The position numbers and the translations under genes are program-made. Positions 46,360 to 56,749 of a stretch of DNA of 61,544 nt are shown here, piece after piece. The notes beneath the pieces were generated by a model that was not told the origin of the DNA, did not search any database, and worked only from the letters and a program-made list of their open reading frames with translations. Positions within the stretch are counted from its first letter, which is position 1. Each line of letters starts with the position of its first letter. This stretch comes from an uncultured Clostridia bacterium (lineage in GTDB: Bacteria > Bacillota > Clostridia > Christensenellales > UBA1242): the NCBI GenBank assembly GCA_944351415.1, contig CALVPQ010000006.1, positions 1 through 61,544 of the forward strand, read 5' to 3'.

Positions 46360-48976
46360 TATCTTTCTCCTTAGAACGTGTGACTAAATCGTTAAGTAGG
46401 TCAAATGCATGTAATGGTGTTACTCTATTTATATCAATATCACGCAGTATTGACAGAATTTTAAGAGCAAGTTTTGTGTTATCTTCAGCTTTTTGTTTAT
46501 TTTCTTTAAAAACGTTTAAATCTAATTTTTGATTAACCTTTTCTAAGTTTATAGAAATCTCTTTTGCTCTTTCTATTACTTCTTTTGGAACACCTGCAAG
46601 TTTTGCAACTTCTATACCAAAACTCTTGTTTGCACCACCTCTTACAATTTTTCGCAGGAACACAACGTCATCATCTAGTTCTTTGACTGTTATCTTATAA
46701 TTTTTAACCCCTTCAAGCACTCCTTCAAGTTCTGTAAGCTCATGATAGTGGGTTGCAAATAAGGTTTTTGTTTTAAAGTTTTTTGATAAGTACTCAACAA
46801 CAGACCATGCGATACTTAATCCATCAAAAGTTGAAGTTCCCCTGCCAATTTCATCGAGTATAACAAGACTTTTGTCTGTGATATTTGCAAGAATATTGGC
46901 TACTTCGCTCATTTCAACCATGAAAGTGCTTTGACCAAAAGCTAAATCATCGCTTGCACCAACCCTTGTGAAGATTCTGTCTGTAATTGGAATACTGGCT
47001 TCCTTCGCTGGAACAAAGCTTCCAATATGTGCAAGAAGTGTGATAAGTGCCACCTGCCTCATATATGTGCTTTTTCCTGCCATATTTGGCCCTGTTATTA
47101 TCATAATTTTATTTTCATTTTCATCAAGTAAAGTGTCGTTTGTTACAAACTGCCCTCGGCTTAAATATTGTTCTACAACTGGGTGTCTTCCATCTATTAT
47201 CTTAAGTTGTTTAACATTGTTATTTATAGTTGGTTTTACATAGTTATTTTTTACTGCGACTTCTGCAAGAGAGTATATAGCATCTAATTTTGAAATTCCA
47301 TGGGAAATCTGTTGAAAGGTTAAAATGTATTTAGATAATATATTTTTAATTTCAGTTAAGATACTATTTTCAAGTTCTATTGCCTTTTCTTCAGAATTTA
47401 AAACTTTGTCTTCTATAACTTTTAAATCTTCTGTGATATAGCGCTCATTATTTGCAACTGTTTGTTTTCTGATGTATCTTATTGGAACTTTATCTATTTG
47501 GCTTCTATTCACTTCGATAAAATATCCAAAAACTTTGTTTCTTTGAATTTTTAGGTTCTTAATACCAGTTGCTTCTATTTCTTTTTTCTCAAGTTCTTCG
47601 ACCCATATTTTACCAAGTTCTTTTGCATTCCTATAATCGTCAAGTTCTTTATTGAAACCTGCCTTAATAAATCCACCATCTTTTAGTTTAACATTACTTT
47701 CAGTTAATCTATCTTCGTCTATGGCTTTATCAAGCATATCAGTGATATTGCTTACATCTATAAGCTCGTCTCTGCATTCTATAAGATAAGGCTCTTCAAC
47801 ATCTTTTAATATATCTTTCAATTGTGGAATTTTCATAAGTGCAGTTTTAAGTTGAACCATACCTTTAGGCTCAATATTGCCATAAGCGACTCTTCCAGCT
47901 AGTCTTTCAATATCACTCATTCCAAGCAGGCTTTCAGCTATTCTGTCTCTTAATATAAGTTTCTTAGCTAAGTATCCAACAGCATTTAAACGCATATTAA
48001 TAGCTTTAGAATCCTGTAAAGGTTCATCTAACATTTTCCTTAGGAATCTTCTTCCCATTGCGGTTTTTGTTTTATCTATAACAGATATAAGTGAACCTGC
48101 CCTTCTTCTGTCATAACCAGATTCTATAAGTTCAAGATTACGTCTTGTGTTCATATCAATAGTCATAAAATTTTTATTTTTAACAACTTCTATCTTATTG
48201 ATATTTTTTAAAAATCTCTTCTGAGTTTCATTTAGATACTCAAGAAGTGCTCCAGCACTGCATACGATTTCATTTTTTCCTTTTAAATCATAAACTGCTT
48301 CAAAGTTTTCTCCAAACTGTTTTGAAAGATTATCAGTTGCCCTTGTTTTTGAAAAAGCCCACTCATAATACTTATTAAGTTTTGTTGCAGAACCAACCTT
48401 TACAATAGCTAAGTTATTATAAAAAATTTCAGCTTCTTCATTTCCTATAATCTCTGATGGAGCAACCCTTGAAATAAGGTCGTTAAGCTGGCTCTCAAGT
48501 TTATTTACAACTGAAAGCACTTCAAAACTTCCAGTTGAAATATCAACATAACTTATTCCAATTTTGTCGTTATTTTTATAAATCGACATAAGATAATTAT
48601 TCTTTTGACCTTCAAGCATTTCTTCATCAATAAGAGTGCCAGGTGTTATAACTCTAACAACGTCACGTTCAAGAGTTTTTACACCTTTTTGTGGCACACT
48701 TAACTGTTCGCATATTGCAACCTTATGCCCATTAGCTACAAGTCTTGAAATGTAGGTTTGGGCTGCATGATATGGAACCCCGCACATCGGTGCTTTCTTA
48801 TCTGTGCCACACGATTTGCCTGTTAAAATTAAATCTAATTCTCGAGATGCTGTTACAGCATCATCATAAAACATTTCATAAAAATCTCCCATTCTGTAGA
48901 ATAAAATACAATCTGGGTATTTTTCTTTTATCTGCAAATATTGTGTCATTGCTGGCGAAAGGTCGTTAGTCTTCAT
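46349..48976 (-). CDS. mutS: DNA mismatch repair protein MutS
   Basis: GDFYE, GPNMAGKST, STFMVEM, DEIGRGT; start at 48976 supported by AAGGAG. Confidence 0.98.
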   Translation of the reverse strand: MKTNDLSPAMTQYLQIKEKYPDCILFYRMGDFYEMFYDDAVTASRELDLILTGKSCGTDKKAPMCGVPYHAAQTYISRLVANGHKVAICEQLSVPQKGVKTLERDVVRVITPGTLIDEEMLEGQKNNYLMSIYKNNDKIGISYVDISTGSFEVLSVVNKLESQLNDLISRVAPSEIIGNEEAEIFYNNLAIVKVGSATKLNKYYEWAFSKTRATDNLSKQFGENFEAVYDLKGKNEIVCSAGALLEYLNETQKRFLKNINKIEVVKNKNFMTIDMNTRRNLELIESGYDRRRAGSLISVIDKTKTAMGRRFLRKMLDEPLQDSKAINMRLNAVGYLAKKLILRDRIAESLLGMSDIERLAGRVAYGNIEPKGMVQLKTALMKIPQLKDILKDVEEPYLIECRDELIDVSNITDMLDKAIDEDRLTESNVKLKDGGFIKAGFNKELDDYRNAKELGKIWVEELEKKEIEATGIKNLKIQRNKVFGYFIEVNRSQIDKVPIRYIRKQTVANNERYITEDLKVIEDKVLNSEEKAIELENSILTEIKNILSKYILTFQQISHGISKLDAIYSLAEVAVKNNYVKPTINNNVKQLKIIDGRHPVVEQYLSRGQFVTNDTLLDENENKIMIITGPNMAGKSTYMRQVALITLLAHIGSFVPAKEASIPITDRIFTRVGASDDLAFGQSTFMVEMSEVANILANITDKSLVILDEIGRGTSTFDGLSIAWSVVEYLSKNFKTKTLFATHYHELTELEGVLEGVKNYKITVKELDDDVVFLRKIVRGGANKSFGIEVAKLAGVPKEVIERAKEISINLEKVNQKLDLNVFKENKQKAEDNTKLALKILSILRDIDINRVTPLHAFDLLNDLVTRSKEKDNED

Positions 48977-50093
48977 CTTTAGTCTCCTTTTGCAAACTCT
49001 TTTCAAGGGAAAGAAGTTTGTTTACTCTATCATGTTTTACTTCATCAGAAATTTGCCCTTCCATCTTACTTGCAACTGTTCCTTCTCTTGGTGAATACAT
49101 AAAAGCAAATATACTATCATATTTCACTTGACGCACAAGAGCCATTGTATCTAAAAATTCTTCTTCTGTTTCTGTTGGAAAACCCACAATAAAATCAGAC
49201 GTTATTCTACAATTAGGGATTTTTGCTCTTATTTTATCAATAATCTCAAGGTATTTTTCTCTTGTGTATTTTCTGTTCATGAGCTTTAAAATTCTATTAT
49301 TTCCGCTTTGTGCTGGAAGATGAATAAATTTCTCAATTTTTTCTTCACCTGCAATTGCATCAATAACATCATCTGTTAAATCTTTTGGGTGAGAGGTCAT
49401 AAAAGATAGAGTAAAATCCCCTTCAATTGCACAAATATCTCTCAATAATTTAGCAAAGGTGACACCATCTTTAAGGTCATGCCCATAAGAATTAACGTTT
49501 TGCCCTAATAATGTTATTTTTTTATACTTTCCTTCGCTAATAATCTCTCTTATTTCATCTAGTATTTTTTCTTCCTTACGTGATTTTTCTCTTCCTTTAA
49601 CATAAGGCACAATACAATATGTGCAGAAGTTGTTACAACCTTGCATTATATTTACCCAAGCATTTTCACCGCTTGTTCGTTTGTAAGGCAACGACTCATC
49701 TATATCGCCTTCTGATAAAATTTCAAGTTGTCTGCCCTTTTTGACTGCTTCAATATAATATCCAAGTTTTGGTAAATTAAATGTGCCAATAACTATATCA
49801 ATAAATGGGAATGTATTCATAAGTTTTTGCGCTGTTTGTTCTTTCTGTGTCATACAACCGCACACAGCAATTATTAAATCTTTATTTTTCTTTTTTAGTT
49901 TTTTTAAATTACCTACATTACCAAAAACTCTGTCTTCTGCTCCTTCTCTTATAGCACAGGTATTGAATACAATAATGTCAGCCTCTTCACGTGAAGAACC
50001 TTCACTATACCCCATTTTTTCTAAAATTGCAGCTATTTTTTCTGATTCATGAACATTCATCTGACAACCATAAGTAACAATAAAATACTTCAT
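48966..50093 (-). CDS. miaB: tRNA methylthiotransferase MiaB lacking the C-terminal TRAM domain
   Basis: TYGCQMN.HESE, NTC.IRE.A, CNNFCTYC, F.TSHP, YSPREGT; only 375 aa. Confidence 0.88.
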   Translation of the reverse strand: MKYFIVTYGCQMNVHESEKIAAILEKMGYSEGSSREEADIIVFNTCAIREGAEDRVFGNVGNLKKLKKKNKDLIIAVCGCMTQKEQTAQKLMNTFPFIDIVIGTFNLPKLGYYIEAVKKGRQLEILSEGDIDESLPYKRTSGENAWVNIMQGCNNFCTYCIVPYVKGREKSRKEEKILDEIREIISEGKYKKITLLGQNVNSYGHDLKDGVTFAKLLRDICAIEGDFTLSFMTSHPKDLTDDVIDAIAGEEKIEKFIHLPAQSGNNRILKLMNRKYTREKYLEIIDKIRAKIPNCRITSDFIVGFPTETEEEFLDTMALVRQVKYDSIFAFMYSPREGTVASKMEGQISDEVKHDRVNKLLSLEKSLQKETKDED

Positions 50094-50267
50094 TATATTC
50101 TCCGTATTATAAACATTTTTTAATTTTTTTGCCTTAGATTTAAGTATTTAAAGTGGCAATATTTTTTTCGACATATATTTTAATTATACAATAATTGCTT
50201 AAAATTTTCAATTAAAAATTATTATATAAAGTAAATAATTTGTTTAATTAGTAACATAATAAAAAAG

Positions 50268-52490
50268 ATGAAAAAATTTATTAAAATTACACTTATAATA
50301 ATTCTCTTGCTATTTATTACTGCTTTGATAGGAGTGGCTTTTTATATTTCTTCAATTTATATTAATGCAAAAGCGATGAAACTTGATGAAGATGCTTTGA
50401 GTTCTCCTTATGTTAATGTGGAAGTTTATGATAATGAAAATAAACCTATAAAAGAAGATAATGAAATTAACAAATCTTATGCAAGTTTAAATTCTCTTTC
50501 TGAGAACACAAAAAATGCCTTTATCTCTATTGAGGATAAAAATTTTTATAATCATAACGGCATCAATTATAAGAGAATTATTAAAGCTATGCTAAACAAC
50601 TTAAAGGCTGGAAAACTCAAAGAAGGAGGCTCCACAATAACACAACAACTTGTTAAAAACACACAACTTACAAGTGAAAAAACTTTTGAGAGAAAGATAA
50701 AAGAAGTAGCTCTTGCTGGGAAAATTGAAGGTAAATATACTAAAGAACAAATTTTAGAACAATACCTAAACATCATTTATTTTGGAAATAATTGCTATGG
50801 TATAGAAAGTGCTTCTAATTACTATTTTTCCAAAAGTGCTAAAGAACTTTCAGTTGAAGAAGCTGCCATGCTTGCAGGAATTATTAAATCTCCCGCCAAA
50901 TATTCTCCTATAAAGAACTATGACAATTCCTTAGCTAGACGTAATCTCGTTCTATCTGAAATGAATAAAGATGGATTACTTTCTGTAGAAGAATATAATA
51001 GAGCTAAGAATACTGAAATAGTGCTTAATATTAATAGAGAGCATAAAAACAGGTTAAATTCATATTGCCAAGCTGCCATTGATGAGGCAGAAAATATACT
51101 TGGTCTGCCGGCTAAACAAATAGCTTTAAAAGGTTATAAAATATATACATATCAAAATCAAGAAAAGCAGAAAGCTTTAGCTGAAGCTATTAAAAATCAG
51201 CAGATTGAAAGCGATTATGCTGGAATTGTTATAGACAATAAAAAGCACTCTGTTGTGGCATATATTGGAAATAGTAACTATAAAATTTTAGACGCAAAAA
51301 GACAACCTGGTTCTTGTATTAAACCTGTGCTGGTGTATTCCCCTGCATTAAATGAAGATATTATTTATCCTTGCTCTCAAATACTTGATGAAAAAACAAC
51401 AATCTCTGATTATTCACCAAAGAATGTTGGTGGGATTTATCACGGATATGTAAGTGTGAGAGAGGCTCTATCTAAATCTATAAATATTCCTGCTGTTAAG
51501 GTGCTTTCTTATGTTGGAATAGATAAAGCAAAGAGTTATGCCGAAGAAATGGGGATTGAATTTGATGAAAAAGATGATAGCTACACACTTGCACTTGGAG
51601 GCATGACTTATGGAGTTAATATTAAAGAGCTTGCTGGAGCTTATACAACCTTTGCAAACGATGGAAAATTTTCAATACCAAAATTTATATCTTTTATCAC
51701 CGATAAAAATGATAAACTTGTTTACATAAATAAAACTAAAGAAAAGGAAGTTTTACGTGAAGATAGTGCTTATCTCTTAACTGATATGCTGAAAACTTGT
51801 GCAGAAACTGGCACTGCAAAAAAGTTAGCAAGTCTAAAAAAGGATATTGCATCAAAAACTGGAACTGTTGGAAAGCCTAATTCAAAAGAAAACTTAGATG
51901 CATGGAATATAGCATATACCAAAGAACAGACTTGTGGAGTATGGCTTGGAAATCTTGATAACACACCTATTAGTTATGCAGGTGGCAATCAACCAACTGA
52001 AATTGTGAAAAGTTATTTTAAAAGTATTAATGATAATTCACATTTTATAATTCCAAATAATGTGGTTGAAAGACAAATTGATAGCACCGAATTAAATGAA
52101 AATCATAGAGTGGTTTTAGCTAATATCTATATACCAGAGCGGTATACACAAAAAGAATTATTTTCTACATTAAATTTGCCTAGTGATATTTCTAGTAAAT
52201 TCACAAAAGTTGATAAAACAATTTTTAATAGCAGAGTTGAGAATAATAATGCTATTATAAATTTTGAAGCTAAAGACTATATGACCTATGTTTTTATTAC
52301 AAATAATGAAAAGACCACAATTAGTGGGAAAAATGGAGCACAAAGTGTGACTTTGCCACTTACACAGACAAAACAAAATGTTGAAATAGAGTATTTCTAT
52401 ACCCTTTCACCTGAAAATAAGGAAGGTGAAAATATTAGTTTTATAAAAACAAATAAGACTCAAAAAAATAATAAAAAATGGTTTATTTAA
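50268..52490 (+). CDS. Class A penicillin-binding protein (transglycosylase-transpeptidase)
   Basis: EDKNFYNHNG, GGSTITQQL and RKIKE; SCIK, SIN and KTG. Confidence 0.93.
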   Translation: MKKFIKITLIIILLLFITALIGVAFYISSIYINAKAMKLDEDALSSPYVNVEVYDNENKPIKEDNEINKSYASLNSLSENTKNAFISIEDKNFYNHNGINYKRIIKAMLNNLKAGKLKEGGSTITQQLVKNTQLTSEKTFERKIKEVALAGKIEGKYTKEQILEQYLNIIYFGNNCYGIESASNYYFSKSAKELSVEEAAMLAGIIKSPAKYSPIKNYDNSLARRNLVLSEMNKDGLLSVEEYNRAKNTEIVLNINREHKNRLNSYCQAAIDEAENILGLPAKQIALKGYKIYTYQNQEKQKALAEAIKNQQIESDYAGIVIDNKKHSVVAYIGNSNYKILDAKRQPGSCIKPVLVYSPALNEDIIYPCSQILDEKTTISDYSPKNVGGIYHGYVSVREALSKSINIPAVKVLSYVGIDKAKSYAEEMGIEFDEKDDSYTLALGGMTYGVNIKELAGAYTTFANDGKFSIPKFISFITDKNDKLVYINKTKEKEVLREDSAYLLTDMLKTCAETGTAKKLASLKKDIASKTGTVGKPNSKENLDAWNIAYTKEQTCGVWLGNLDNTPISYAGGNQPTEIVKSYFKSINDNSHFIIPNNVVERQIDSTELNENHRVVLANIYIPERYTQKELFSTLNLPSDISSKFTKVDKTIFNSRVENNNAIINFEAKDYMTYVFITNNEKTTISGKNGAQSVTLPLTQTKQNVEIEYFYTLSPENKEGENISFIKTNKTQKNNKKWFI

Positions 52491-52561
52491 AAAAACTCTA
52501 TATATGAGGTAAACTTAGTATATAAATAATTTATAAAGTTTACATCATAGCTAGAGTTTTT
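52491..52561. terminator. Long imperfect hairpin between convergent pbp and recA
   Basis: AAAAACTCTA..TATGA.GTAAACTT / AAGTTTAC.TCATA..TAGAGTTTTT. Confidence 0.7.
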
Positions 52562-52566
52562 AATTT

Positions 52567-53613
52567 TTATTCTTGTGTTTCAGTTTCGTTAGTCTCAACT
52601 TTTACATTACCTATTCCATAAGCAGTTTTAACTTTTTCAAAAATTTCATTAAATACATCTTTGTTTTGCTCAAGGTATACCTTAACATTCTCTTTGCCTT
52701 GACCAATTTTTTCGTCATTATAAGAGAACCACGAACCAGATTTTTTGATAATATCCTTATCAAGTGCAAGGTCTATAACACAACCTGTCTGACTTATCCC
52801 CTGTCCATAAACAATATCAAATTCAGCTGTTTTAAATGGTGGAGCAAGCTTATTTTTAACAACTTTAACTTGTGTTCTATTTCCAATTATATTTGTTCCA
52901 TCTTTGATTGTGTCTTTCTTTCTTACATCAAGTCTAATACTTGAATAGAACTTTAATGCTTTACCACCTGTTGTTGTTTCAGGTGAGCCAAACATAACAC
53001 CAACCTTTTCACGTAATTGGTTAATAAAAATAACAGTTGTATTGCTTTTGTTAATAATACCAGTAAGCTTTCTTAAAGCCTGACTCATCATTCTAGCTTG
53101 AAGTCCAACATGGTTATCCCCCATTTCTCCATCTATTTCAGCCTTAGGAGTGAGCGCGGCAACTGAGTCAACAACAACAATATCGACTGCACCAGATTTT
53201 ACTAGTGACTCACATATATTAAGCGCTTGTTCTCCATTATCTGGTTGCGATACAAGAAGTTCCTCAAGTTTAACACCTAATTTTTCTGCATAAATAGGGT
53301 CTAAAGCATACTCTGCATCAATAAATGCAGCTGTTCCGCCAAGTTTTTGTGCCTCAGCTATAATATGAAGAGAAACTGTTGTTTTACCTGAAGATTCAGG
53401 TCCATAGATTTCAATTACTCTACCACGTGGGATTCCCCCAATACCAAGTGCAATATCAAGTGTTAAGCAACCTGTTGGAATAACATCTATAGGCTCATTA
53501 ACTTTATCGCCTAACTTCATAACAGCACCCTTTCCATATTGCTTTTCAATTTGAAGTAATGCTTGGTCTAAAGATTCTTTTTTGCTATCTTTTTTTATAT
53601 CTTTCTTTTCCAT
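52567..53613 (-). CDS. recA: Recombinase RecA
   Basis: [33 protein letters not shown]. Confidence 0.99.
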   Translation of the reverse strand: MEKKDIKKDSKKESLDQALLQIEKQYGKGAVMKLGDKVNEPIDVIPTGCLTLDIALGIGGIPRGRVIEIYGPESSGKTTVSLHIIAEAQKLGGTAAFIDAEYALDPIYAEKLGVKLEELLVSQPDNGEQALNICESLVKSGAVDIVVVDSVAALTPKAEIDGEMGDNHVGLQARMMSQALRKLTGIINKSNTTVIFINQLREKVGVMFGSPETTTGGKALKFYSSIRLDVRKKDTIKDGTNIIGNRTQVKVVKNKLAPPFKTAEFDIVYGQGISQTGCVIDLALDKDIIKKSGSWFSYNDEKIGQGKENVKVYLEQNKDVFNEIFEKVKTAYGIGNVKVETNETETQE

Positions 53614-53684
53614 AATAATAACCTTTTAAAATAAAATTTTACATATATATTTTATCAAATTTTTATAAATTCACAAAACATATT

Positions 53685-54674
53685 TTAGAAAGTTAACTCA
53701 TTTTGTCTAAGTTTTTTAGTTAAATGAAATAGTAGTGAGTTTGTTGCTAAAGCAAGACAAGAATCCTTATCAGCCTTAAATGTGTTTTTAAAAATATGAA
53801 CTTCATTATGGTCTGCTATTGCAAAATTAAATTCCAGCCCATCTTCTAAAATTTTGCCGTTAGTCATAACGGCTAAACTTGCCTGAGAAGATTTTAAGAA
53901 CTTTACCGTTTTATCATATAATTGGTCATTGGTAAGATATTCAAACTCATCTATGGTAAAAGTTTTTAAAACTTCATTGAAATTTTCATTGTTTTCAAAT
54001 AAAGTATAAATAATTTTGCCTTGTGTGACATTTTCACAAAGTGCTAAACTCATTGATTTTAATTTAAGCATTTTGCCTACAATTTCTGGCAAATTTATTT
54101 CATTCCCACTATAGACATATTGATTAAACTCTGATGCAATCTTTACTTGATTATCATCTATTAACGTTGAATTGCCATCATAAGACACATATATATCGCT
54201 GAGTAAATCTTTGCATAAAAATTTATATTCAAATCCACTTATTTCATTTTGAAGTTTATTTAACTTATCTTCTATTTGTTTTTTTACCAATCCAAATAAG
54301 TGAAACTCACAATACTTTTTGTTTTGATTACGGGTAAAAACCTTGTTTAGAAGTTCAAGATTGCTTTCTATTGGAACAAAAGTAATTTTATTATCACCCT
54401 TTTCAAAAATAACAATTTGGTCATCAACAAAAGTTTTTTTATTGCCAAGTGAGTTAATATTTTTTATCACTAAATTGTCTAGATTTTCATTAGGACAAAA
54501 AATAATAAGGTTTTCGTTATCTTCAATAAAATGCCTGTTAATATCAAACTTTTCAATACTAATCTCTTTAATGCCTATAATATTAAAAGCACAAATTTTA
54601 TAAAACTTAGCATAATCAAAGTTATATTGCCCATTAATGACATCATTTGAAAATATAAAAACCTTATATTCCAT
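53685..54674 (-). CDS. Degenerate CinA-like protein
   Basis: Between pgsA and recA; LFGL....IE and VYSG....LPEIV...L......LALCENVTQG (cf. AESCTGG). Confidence 0.6.
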   Translation of the reverse strand: MEYKVFIFSNDVINGQYNFDYAKFYKICAFNIIGIKEISIEKFDINRHFIEDNENLIIFCPNENLDNLVIKNINSLGNKKTFVDDQIVIFEKGDNKITFVPIESNLELLNKVFTRNQNKKYCEFHLFGLVKKQIEDKLNKLQNEISGFEYKFLCKDLLSDIYVSYDGNSTLIDDNQVKIASEFNQYVYSGNEINLPEIVGKMLKLKSMSLALCENVTQGKIIYTLFENNENFNEVLKTFTIDEFEYLTNDQLYDKTVKFLKSSQASLAVMTNGKILEDGLEFNFAIADHNEVHIFKNTFKADKDSCLALATNSLLFHLTKKLRQNELTF

Positions 54675-54680
54675 CTGTTA

Positions 54681-55430
54681 TTATTCCTTTTTATCTTCTT
54701 TAGTTATATTTTCTTCTTTTTGTTTTTGCCCATCACTTTTTTCAATTTGAGTTACTTCAGTTTCTTTATCCTGGTTAATATCTTCGTCTTCGTCTGTTAT
54801 AACAGTTCCCTTTTCTGAAGTAAAAACCTTTCTATTTCTTATTAGATAACTTGCTCCAGAATAAATTGTAAGAATTGTTGCTATAATTAAAATCATCATA
54901 AGAATATATCTTACAATAGATAGCGCATTATCATTACTTTCTGTTATTTCTGGAATTATATCTGTAAGGACAAAGCCAAAAGCCATATATAAAGTTACTG
55001 CAACATATTGAACTGTGGCTTTTATCTTTCCACCTTTGTCTGCTGCGAGAACTATCCCTTTTGATGCTGCAACTTGTCTTAAAGCACTAATTATAAACTC
55101 ACGTGCAAGCATTATTATAACACAAGTAACACCAAGCCACTGAGTTGGATTGAAAACAGTTGTATAACCTTGAACAGGCACAGCAACGATAAGAAGCATA
55201 CCCGTCATAATAAGCACCTTGTCTGCAATAGAATCAAAAAATTTTCCAAGGTCTGTTACTTGATTGTTTTTTCTTGCAAGATAGCCATCAAGAAAGTCAG
55301 TTAAACAAGCTATTATAAACACAATAGTTGATACCAATCTTCCATAAGGGATAAAATCTGCTAGATAGAAAAATACTATCACAGGTATTAAAAGCAACCT
55401 TACAAGAGTTATTTTATTTGGTGTATTCAT
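54681..55430 (-). CDS. pgsA: CDP-diacylglycerol--glycerol-3-phosphate phosphatidyltransferase
   Basis: PNKIT..R, TDFLDGYLAR...T..GKF.D..ADK, RE, GK.K. Confidence 0.95.
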   Translation of the reverse strand: MNTPNKITLVRLLLIPVIVFFYLADFIPYGRLVSTIVFIIACLTDFLDGYLARKNNQVTDLGKFFDSIADKVLIMTGMLLIVAVPVQGYTTVFNPTQWLGVTCVIIMLAREFIISALRQVAASKGIVLAADKGGKIKATVQYVAVTLYMAFGFVLTDIIPEITESNDNALSIVRYILMMILIIATILTIYSGASYLIRNRKVFTSEKGTVITDEDEDINQDKETEVTQIEKSDGQKQKEENITKEDKKE

Positions 55431-56749
55431 ACAATCTCTCCTTTATAATCACTACCATCAAAATCATAAATTTTAACTTTTATGTATGTATAGCAATTTA
55501 TACTACCATTATCCACAAATCGCACATTAAAGTCAACTAAAGGCGACATATTTTGTGCATGACCTATATATTCTCCAGTGTTTGAATCAAAAGAATCAAC
55601 AAGAACTTCAATAGTTTTACCTAAAAGTTCCCTCGCTTTATCTTTAACAATTTCATTTTGAAGTTTGGTTATTACTTTTACTCTACGTTTTTTTATAAAC
55701 TCTGGAACTTGTTTTTTCATGAAAAAACTTGATGTGTTTGGCTCTCTTGAATAAGGAAAGAAGCCCGCATAATCAAACTTGCTTTCTTTGATAAATTTAC
55801 AAAGTTTTTTAAATTGTTTTCGACTCTCCCCTGGATAGCCAATAATAAATGTTGTTCTAAGAGAAATTTGTGGATAATTTGTTTTAATTTTTTCAATAAG
55901 CGAACGAGTTTCTTCTTCCCCAAGTCTTCTCCGCATACTTTTAAGTATCTGCTCATCAATATGTTGAAGTGGAATATCTAAGTATTTACACATCTTATCA
56001 TTTTTGACAATAAAGTCTAAAAGTTCATCGGTAACTTTTTCAGGATAAGCATAGTGAAATCTTATCGAGTGAAGTTCTTTTATTTTTGATAGTCTGTCAC
56101 AAAGTTTTATAAGACTTGGTTCTTTGTATAAGTCTTCACCGTAGCGTGTTGTGTCTTGGGCTACAAGTATAAGCTCTTTAACACCACGTGATACAAGGTT
56201 TTTAGCCTCTAGCACAAGTTCGTCCATATCATAGCTTACAAATCTTCCCCTTATTCGTGGAATTGTGCAATAAGAACAAGCATTGTTACAACCATCTGCT
56301 ATTTTTAAATATGCGTAACTTGGGCTATTTGTTATCACTCGCTCATATTTTTTTATAGGCTTTGATGGTTCCATTCCATACAATTTTTCTATAATTTGAA
56401 CAATACTTTCATTCTCTCGTAAATGCAAAAATGCATCAATTGTTGGGAAATTTTCTTTCATTGAATTATAGTTTCTCTCTGGAAAACAGCCTGTGACTAT
56501 AACCTTTTCTATCACACCATTTTCCTTGAGTTTTTCCATCTCAAGAATATTCATTATTGCCTCTTCTTGAGCTGGCTGGATAAAAGCACAAGTATTAACA
56601 ATAACAATATCAGAGTTTTCAACTTCATCTGTTATTTGAAATCCATAGCTTTTTATTCTACCAAGCATATTTTCAAGGTCAACTTTGTTTTTATCACAAC
56701 CCAAACTTATTGCAGAAACAAGTTTTTTCGTTAGTTCTTCCTTAGTCAT
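55427..56749 (-). CDS. rimO: Ribosomal protein S12 methylthiotransferase
   Basis: LGC.KN.VD.E, NTCAFI, YLKIADGCNNACSYC, YLDIPLQH; retains the C-terminal TRAM region. Confidence 0.95.
   Translation of the reverse strand: MTKEELTKKLVSAISLGCDKNKVDLENMLGRIKSYGFQITDEVENSDIVIVNTCAFIQPAQEEAIMNILEMEKLKENGVIEKVIVTGCFPERNYNSMKENFPTIDAFLHLRENESIVQIIEKLYGMEPSKPIKKYERVITNSPSYAYLKIADGCNNACSYCTIPRIRGRFVSYDMDELVLEAKNLVSRGVKELILVAQDTTRYGEDLYKEPSLIKLCDRLSKIKELHSIRFHYAYPEKVTDELLDFIVKNDKMCKYLDIPLQHIDEQILKSMRRRLGEEETRSLIEKIKTNYPQISLRTTFIIGYPGESRKQFKKLCKFIKESKFDYAGFFPYSREPNTSSFFMKKQVPEFIKKRRVKVITKLQNEIVKDKARELLGKTIEVLVDSFDSNTGEYIGHAQNMSPLVDFNVRFVDNGSINCYTYIKVKIYDFDGSDYKGEIV

Noticed and set aside
49983-49998. Palindrome TCTTCACGTGAAGA resembling parS
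   Set aside because: Outer positions disagree with TGTTTCACGTGAAACA (about 11/16) and it lies within miaB codons
53614-53690. LexA (GAAC-N4-GTTC) box upstream of recA
   Set aside because: No convincing match is visible
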